The position numbers and the translations under genes are program-made. Below the pieces are notes generated by a model. That model searched no databases. It saw only the letters and a program-made list of their open reading frames with translations, and was not told where the DNA came from. A stretch of 58,010 bases of DNA, counting the filler, from Barthelona sp. PAP020 (Eukaryota): assembly GCA_040182905.1 (NCBI GenBank). It is 4 parts of 4 records of this genome, joined end to end, with 100 filler letters (N's around TTAATTAATTAA, not from the genome) between each part and the next. Parts side by side here need not be neighbours in the genome. Positions count along the whole stretch, not along the records: positions 46,998 to 58,010 come from JARQWU010000186.1; 3 more parts are not named here. The stretch is one strand, 5' to 3'. Every line of letters starts with the position of its first letter. Within the stretch, counting starts at the first letter, position 1. This document shows, piece after piece, positions 52,227 through 58,010 of this stretch.

Positions 52227-55200
52227 ATGAGCCTGAAATGTATTGAATTAATAACATTTGAAGATATCTTAAATGGAAAAGAAATAGAATTGATAGACTT
52301 TTTTGAAAAATTGAATTTACAACAAATTCATTCAAAAAAGAAATATTTTTTACCATTATGGGCTTTATTGAGCGAGAAACTTGAATTATTTATATATTTA
52401 TGTTCTATTGGATTATTTCGTTTTGAATTTTCTGAATTTTCCACCTTTTCGATCAAATTTTTTTATGCTACGCTATGTTTTCAAAGTGATGAGAAATTAA
52501 ATTTGATTAAAAACAATATATATAATTTTTATACTGTTACAGCTTTAGAACCTTCAAATAAGAATTTTCAATATAAGGCATCCACATACAATTTATTTAA
52601 ATGTGATGAATTTATTGAAAGAAGTTTTTCTTTAATTGTTTTAGACAAATACAAAGGGAATTTTTTTGTTTTAAACGATTTTTCCTTATTCTTTTTTAAG
52701 GATTTTGTAAAAGATGTTTCTTTCAATACAAATTTTTTTATAGATAAAAAGAAAGATGTTTATAAAGGAATTTTTCTTAAAGAAAATATTGTGTTATTTT
52801 ATGATGATAGAAATATTTATATGTACAGGTTTATTGATGAAATATTACATTTGATTGCTGAACAAAATCTATCTGAAGTGTCTATGACTCCCATACAGAT
52901 GAAAGTTGTAAACAATAAGTTTTGTATTGTTTATCAACTTGATTATGATATACATTTTAAATCTCGTATTTTTATTGGAAAAATAAATGAATACGATGAA
53001 ATTGAAGTGTTAACTGATGAATTTATAAATTTTTTGCCAGAACAAATTGGATTCAGCTATGATGAACAATTTGTTCTTTTAAGTTGTGAAAATCGACTTG
53101 AATTTTTTGAACAAAAGTTTGATAATGTTTATTTTACTGAATATTATCACTTTGTTTCAGGAAGTACTATTGAATTTGCTGAAAGAATTAATCATTTTGA
53201 TTTACATAAAAGTTTAAATATTATGGTTATCTGTTTTACAAATGAAATGATTCAACAATACAAATTGAATGATGATAAAACGATTGATATTTTTTTACCA
53301 AAGAATTCAACAAGTTTAAAGAAAATCACTGGTTTCATTGAATCAACTAATAAAAAAAATGAACATTTACAAAAAGTCACAAAAATAACAAAAGTATCTT
53401 ATTTATTTAATTGTTTAATTGGTTATAGTTTTAATCATGAATTAAATAGAAATGTTCCTATTGGTTCTATTGTAAGAAAAGAAGAATATAATAAAATATT
53501 TTCTAATTTAAATTTAAATGAATCTGATGTATCAATGAAAGATTTTGATATATCAGATCGAATTATTGATTTTCAACTTTTTGAAACTTTTGAAATATAT
53601 TGCACTGAAAATGGTTCTTTACATTTGATAACACATACTCCTATAAAAAGTGTATGTAAAAAGGTATTTAATAATCCTACAGAAGCAAGATATAAGGTTT
53701 TTGCTGAAATGACTCGGTTTTTATTCAAATATTCATATACAAAAATTATAAAAAGATCATTCATTGAAACTCTTTTTAATGGAGGTTTTTCAATAACTCC
53801 TCTAAATATTGAACAATTAATACAATTTGGTTATTGTGATCTTAATAATCTATTTTTTTATAAATATGATATCACTATTGATAAATTATTGACTAATTTT
53901 TCTAATGGTGGTAATATGAAATGGATAAACGATTCTTCTATCATTGCAAATTGTGAAAATTATCTAAATGATTTTTTGGAAAAAATTAATTCACAAAATG
54001 ATCTTATCAATGTGATTGGATTGATTCCTTGCTTTAATTTCATAAAATTGATTGAAAAAGCTTCAAAACCTTTCATTGAAATGATTCATGATGAAAAGGA
54101 AAATTCAGTCATTCGAAATGAAGTGTTATCATTAATTGAACAGTTACAATTGTTTGATGAGGTCTATGAAGTTTTAGATTTTCAATTTTGGAAATATTTT
54201 TATGATTTTTCAAAAGTTAAGCCAGATATAAAAGTTTTAAAGTTCAAACTTATGAAATTTTTAAAAAACTTTAAAATTTCAACTGTAAATAATATTTATA
54301 ATATTTCTGACAATGATTTAAATTTGAAAAGTAATTGTATCAAAGATATTGATCCCTTGGATTTCTATTTTGAAAAAAATAGTCATTTTGAAGAACAAAA
54401 GAAGAGAGTATCCACACACATATCTAAATTTGTTGATGAAGTTGAAAAGAATGATATTTCTGAGGAAGAATTAAAAAGAGTATCGACTAATATTAATCGA
54501 CTTTCTATCAAAGTCGAGAAAGAATTAGAAGGTTTAAAAAAGAAAAAAGTTGATTATACATGGAAAAAAACAGATCTGTTTTATTATGTTAAAGAATGTG
54601 TATCAAAAGAGATCTTATCAAAATATTCAAAAATAGATGTTGATAGAGATAACAATTCTGAAATTGAAGTTAGATACAATGTTGATTCATTTGAAAGTTT
54701 TACTAAAAGTTTTGATGATGATTTTTTAAAGATTCAACAAAAACTTTCAAATTTTAAACAAAAAGTTGGAATGGAAACTTTTGAAGTTAACAATTTATTT
54801 AACAATCAATTGAAATTAATTGAACATGGAAATGATTTTAACAATCAAATCATTGAAAAATTGCAAAAAGATTTGAAACAATTGGAAAAGAATATTAATT
54901 CTATCAGAATAGAAGAGATTTCTAAAAATGCGATTAAAAAGTTGAATCAAACCGAAAAGAATACGCAAAAACAACTTCAATTGCTAAAAAGTCACATAAA
55001 TATGTTGGAAAATGAAACTTTTATTAATCCAAAAAATAAAATTTCTTACCTTCCTTTTGATTTGATTACACCTTATAAACTTTGGTATTTTGCATTTCAA
55101 AATTCTGATAACTCTAATTGGATCCCAACACCAGATTATTCATTAAAATACGTTGGACTTAATCAATATTTAATCGATTCTCAATTTTCTTTCTTATTAA

Positions 55201-56519
55201 ATAAAGATAGATTAAATACTGTAAAAGAATACGTAAGTTCAAAAAAAAATCTCACCAAATTTTTCTTTTCATTAGCTATTAATGTGCCAAACACCAAAAA
55301 TAATGAACCTTCTGAACGGTATAAACATTCAGTAAGTATGTCTTCACTTTTTCGCAGAAGTATTTATGCTTACACTTTATGTTCAAAAACTTCCATTCAA
55401 CAACCTCAACATGTTGAATTTGTATATGATTTCAAAGGTAATATCACACATTTGGTTTGTATTCTTGAAAAACCTTCAGGGTATGTTACTGAGGAATTGA
55501 TTAAACAATTGGATAGAGGCAACAGGATTTTATTAACTTTATCGATTATTTCAGCACTTTTACAATTAAACTCTATAAATTCTATCAATGCAAATGATGA
55601 ATCGCATATGATATGTTCATTACCACCTTCAAATATAGCTTATTGGGTTAATGAGGATAATTATATATCACGTTTTGCAATAAATCATGTTGATTTATGT
55701 TATGATTCTGTTAGCATTGAGCAAAATAAAATATTTAAAGAATGGATGGTGAAACGAAATAACTTTAATGCTAACGAAAATGTGTTATTTAAATGGATTG
55801 TTCATTTATTTGGAAACAAGTATAATGAACAAATAAATTATTACAAACAGAAAGTTCAAAATGTTTCTAAACCATTCATCTATTTTTATCATTTCTTTTT
55901 GTCAAAAATTAATGGTGCTTTAAAACCCGTTTCCGAGTATTTTTTGAACCATTTGGAAAAAGGAGGTAAATCTAAAAAGAAATTCACTTTTTCATCCAAA
56001 GAAAAATTTTTAGAAGAATTTATCGATTTTTTTGCTACAATCAAACCATTTTATTCTTACCGATATTCATTTGATTTGACAAATGTTGTAGAAAACTTTC
56101 ATCTTTCTGATTTTTCAAATTTAAGATCTCAAACTTTTGTTTTTCTGCTAAAAGATAAGAATTTATTACCTTCAATCTTTGAAATTGATTTAGATTTGCT
56201 AGAACCTTATGCCATTAGTATTGCTAAACTTTTTCAATATATTTTGATTAATGGTCTTTCAATTCCTTACAATATGTTCAATCAATTATTGTTTGAATTT
56301 TTAAGTGACCTAATTGCAACAGAAAAATTAATTGGTGACATTGAAAATCAAATTTATTTATTCTATAATTATGAAATAGATAAAACAGCTGTAGAAAAGG
56401 TTATTGATAATGTTTTAACCTTTAAAGAAGTTTTTCATCGTTCTTTTTTCAAAAATACAGCTTTTATTGAAATAGCTAATTTAGACATGAATAAAATTCA
56501 AAAACTATTTGTTAATTGA
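52227..56519 (+). CDS. Large hypothetical protein (1430 aa): beta-rich N-terminus, coiled coil, possible degenerate kinase and HECT-like segments
   Basis: An uninterrupted 4.3-kb ORF in very AT-rich DNA. Domain guesses are weak (see findings). Confidence 0.8.
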   Translation: MSLKCIELITFEDILNGKEIELIDFFEKLNLQQIHSKKKYFLPLWALLSEKLELFIYLCSIGLFRFEFSEFSTFSIKFFYATLCFQSDEKLNLIKNNIYNFYTVTALEPSNKNFQYKASTYNLFKCDEFIERSFSLIVLDKYKGNFFVLNDFSLFFFKDFVKDVSFNTNFFIDKKKDVYKGIFLKENIVLFYDDRNIYMYRFIDEILHLIAEQNLSEVSMTPIQMKVVNNKFCIVYQLDYDIHFKSRIFIGKINEYDEIEVLTDEFINFLPEQIGFSYDEQFVLLSCENRLEFFEQKFDNVYFTEYYHFVSGSTIEFAERINHFDLHKSLNIMVICFTNEMIQQYKLNDDKTIDIFLPKNSTSLKKITGFIESTNKKNEHLQKVTKITKVSYLFNCLIGYSFNHELNRNVPIGSIVRKEEYNKIFSNLNLNESDVSMKDFDISDRIIDFQLFETFEIYCTENGSLHLITHTPIKSVCKKVFNNPTEARYKVFAEMTRFLFKYSYTKIIKRSFIETLFNGGFSITPLNIEQLIQFGYCDLNNLFFYKYDITIDKLLTNFSNGGNMKWINDSSIIANCENYLNDFLEKINSQNDLINVIGLIPCFNFIKLIEKASKPFIEMIHDEKENSVIRNEVLSLIEQLQLFDEVYEVLDFQFWKYFYDFSKVKPDIKVLKFKLMKFLKNFKISTVNNIYNISDNDLNLKSNCIKDIDPLDFYFEKNSHFEEQKKRVSTHISKFVDEVEKNDISEEELKRVSTNINRLSIKVEKELEGLKKKKVDYTWKKTDLFYYVKECVSKEILSKYSKIDVDRDNNSEIEVRYNVDSFESFTKSFDDDFLKIQQKLSNFKQKVGMETFEVNNLFNNQLKLIEHGNDFNNQIIEKLQKDLKQLEKNINSIRIEEISKNAIKKLNQTEKNTQKQLQLLKSHINMLENETFINPKNKISYLPFDLITPYKLWYFAFQNSDNSNWIPTPDYSLKYVGLNQYLIDSQFSFLLNKDRLNTVKEYVSSKKNLTKFFFSLAINVPNTKNNEPSERYKHSVSMSSLFRRSIYAYTLCSKTSIQQPQHVEFVYDFKGNITHLVCILEKPSGYVTEELIKQLDRGNRILLTLSIISALLQLNSINSINANDESHMICSLPPSNIAYWVNEDNYISRFAINHVDLCYDSVSIEQNKIFKEWMVKRNNFNANENVLFKWIVHLFGNKYNEQINYYKQKVQNVSKPFIYFYHFFLSKINGALKPVSEYFLNHLEKGGKSKKKFTFSSKEKFLEEFIDFFATIKPFYSYRYSFDLTNVVENFHLSDFSNLRSQTFVFLLKDKNLLPSIFEIDLDLLEPYAISIAKLFQYILINGLSIPYNMFNQLLFEFLSDLIATEKLIGDIENQIYLFYNYEIDKTAVEKVIDNVLTFKEVFHRSFFKNTAFIEIANLDMNKIQKLFVN

Positions 56520-56862
56520 CTTTACACAAGTGTGTTATGTGTTATGTTTTTGTTGTGTTGATTTTTTGTGACAATTTCAATTATTTTGATTTTTCATTCC
56601 ATTCTACTTTTTACTTTTTATCAGTATTTATACATTTTTTAGAGTTTATCTCGTTTAAAATTATTGCTTTTTTGTTCCTAAAATTCATATTCTTTGTTTT
56701 ATAAAAAAAAACTTGAATTTTGTTTTATTTTTCTGTCATATAAACATGAAAAAACGTTTCTTTGACATTTAAAAATTCATTGTGTCAATTGCACAAAAAT
56801 TAAATCAGAATAAAAGAACAATTCTTTTTTTTTTTGTAATTTTTCCAAGTTTTATCAATAGA

Positions 56863-57726
56863 ATGTCTTCATTTGTTACACCTATGCGATCTGAACCGAT
56901 TGATGGAAAGAAAATAGAAAAAGAATGGAATTTCCTTCAAACAAAGACAAATCAATTACATTATAATTTTACCGGGAGTTTAAAATATCCTCAATGTAAT
57001 AGATATTTAAATGTTTATTCAGAAGAAAGAACTCGAGTTCCTGTTATTGATTCAATACCTTACTTCAATGCAAATTTCATTTTTGATAAAACAATGATAT
57101 TATCTCAAGGTCCTTTACCATTTGAATTTATTAGATTTCATAAAATGTTATTTCAACATGGAATTCACTTAGTTGTAAGATTAACTGATTTTGTTGAAAA
57201 TACTGTTCAAAAATGCGGTAATTATGAGTCAAATACAATTGAAGGCATGGAATTTCAAACTACAGAAATTGAAAACAATGATATATATCGAATTATAAAA
57301 AGAAAGTATAAAATTCTTGAATCTGGGAAAAGTGATTATTATTACACTTGTTTTTTCAAAAATTGGGCTGATTATAGTGCTTTAGACTCGTTTGATCCTT
57401 TGATCTCTTTATTAAATATTGTTTTTAGACTTTGTATTGCTTCAGAAAATGTTGTTCCTTCACAATTGGACGTTAATCTTATACAACATTGTTTACGTCA
57501 GAATCCTATATTGATACATTGTTCTGCTGGTGTTGGTCGATCGGGTTCATTTGCAGTTTTGTTCAAGTACTATTTGGATTTGATTGTGGGAAAGGTTCCA
57601 AAACCAATATTTAATTATGTATTGCAAGCAAGAAGAGACCGTAATGAACATGTTGTTTTTACAATCGAACAATATACTTACATCAAGATGTTTGTTGATG
57701 AAGTGTCTTCTGACAGCTTTGGATAG
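56863..57726 (+). CDS. Classical protein tyrosine phosphatase
   Basis: NRY, YFNANFI, ILSQGPL, KC..Y, NWADY (WPD-like), IHCSAGVGRSG and EQY. Start at ATG 56863. Confidence 0.93.
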   Translation: MSSFVTPMRSEPIDGKKIEKEWNFLQTKTNQLHYNFTGSLKYPQCNRYLNVYSEERTRVPVIDSIPYFNANFIFDKTMILSQGPLPFEFIRFHKMLFQHGIHLVVRLTDFVENTVQKCGNYESNTIEGMEFQTTEIENNDIYRIIKRKYKILESGKSDYYYTCFFKNWADYSALDSFDPLISLLNIVFRLCIASENVVPSQLDVNLIQHCLRQNPILIHCSAGVGRSGSFAVLFKYYLDLIVGKVPKPIFNYVLQARRDRNEHVVFTIEQYTYIKMFVDEVSSDSFG

Positions 57727-57883
57727 GCCTTTAGTTTATGTTTTTTTAAGTACCATGTTGCATATTACAGCGTATTAGGAAGATTTGTACAATAGTAAAC
57801 ATTTTCCTTTTTTTTTTTTTTTTTTTTGAAGTATTGATTTATTTGAAAATCGATTTTACAAAGAACCATTAATCTTTAATCAA

Positions 57884-57992
57884 TTGGTCCATTTGTGAAC
57901 CAACTATATTTATTTGGTCCAGTTGTGAAACAACTATATTTATTTACAAAGAAAGTAAACTCAGAAAACTCATTCTAGCAAATTTCAGTCAA
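57884..57992. repeat. Repeat family B copy containing a 2 x 30-nt tandem duplication
   Basis: TTGGTCCA(T/G)TTGTGAA(C/A)CAACTATATTTAT at 57884 and 57914, followed by AAAGTAAACTCAGAAAACTCATT, shared with 28.7-28.8 kb. Confidence 0.85.
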
Positions 57993-58010
57993 AATCCCAA
58001 GAGGGGAATT

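Noticed and set aside
57884..57943. 30-nt direct repeat as a CRISPR-like array
   Set aside because: Only two abutting units, no spacers, no cas genes, eukaryotic context.
1..58010. Alternative genetic code, U12/AT-AC or trans-spliced introns, tRNA/rRNA genes, autonomous transposons
   Set aside because: TAA, TAG and TGA all terminate conserved genes. Every inferred intron is cis GT-AG. I recognised no tRNA cloverleaf, rRNA, reverse transcriptase or transposase ORF.

Overview
Gene-dense, very AT-rich nuclear DNA from a flagellated unicellular eukaryote, using the standard genetic code. Flagellar markers are an outer-dynein-arm docking subunit and a kinesin-16-like motor. The tiny GT-AG introns (35-39 nt, CTRAY branch site 5-9 nt from the 3' end) look metamonad-like, but the taxon is only inferred. 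The window is a concatenation: three 100-nt N44-TTAATTAATTAA-N44 linkers and two plain N gaps interrupt it, so adjacency across them is not trustworthy. About 36 protein genes are supported, including Rho, NIFK/Nop15 and SMYD (each in an inverted duplicate), CK2alpha, Spc25, Myb, PIS, TBC, alpha2delta-like, pecanex, ERCC1, CTU1, RhoGAP, PGM2, CNOT9-like, ODA-DC2, BRF1, LTN1, Ku80, Rab, E2, Hsp110 and a PTP. The most interesting signals are non-coding. (1) At 45.3-45.9 kb, four box C/D snoRNAs each appear to sit in their own intron of a putative non-coding host transcript with micro-exons; two guide adjacent nucleotides of LSU helix 69. (2) A second intronic snoRNA locus lies at 11.2-11.4 kb. 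(3) A dispersed ~230-nt structured element has two diverged copies with compensatory-looking stems (16.7 and 33.1 kb). (4) A second dispersed repeat family occurs at 28.7 and 57.9 kb. Protein-level oddities include a Plus3 + resolvase-type HTH fusion, a SMYD duplicate missing a MYND zinc ligand, a prokaryote-like membrane protein and a possible pseudokinase/HECT-remnant protein. All family calls are from motif recognition by eye; no searches were run.
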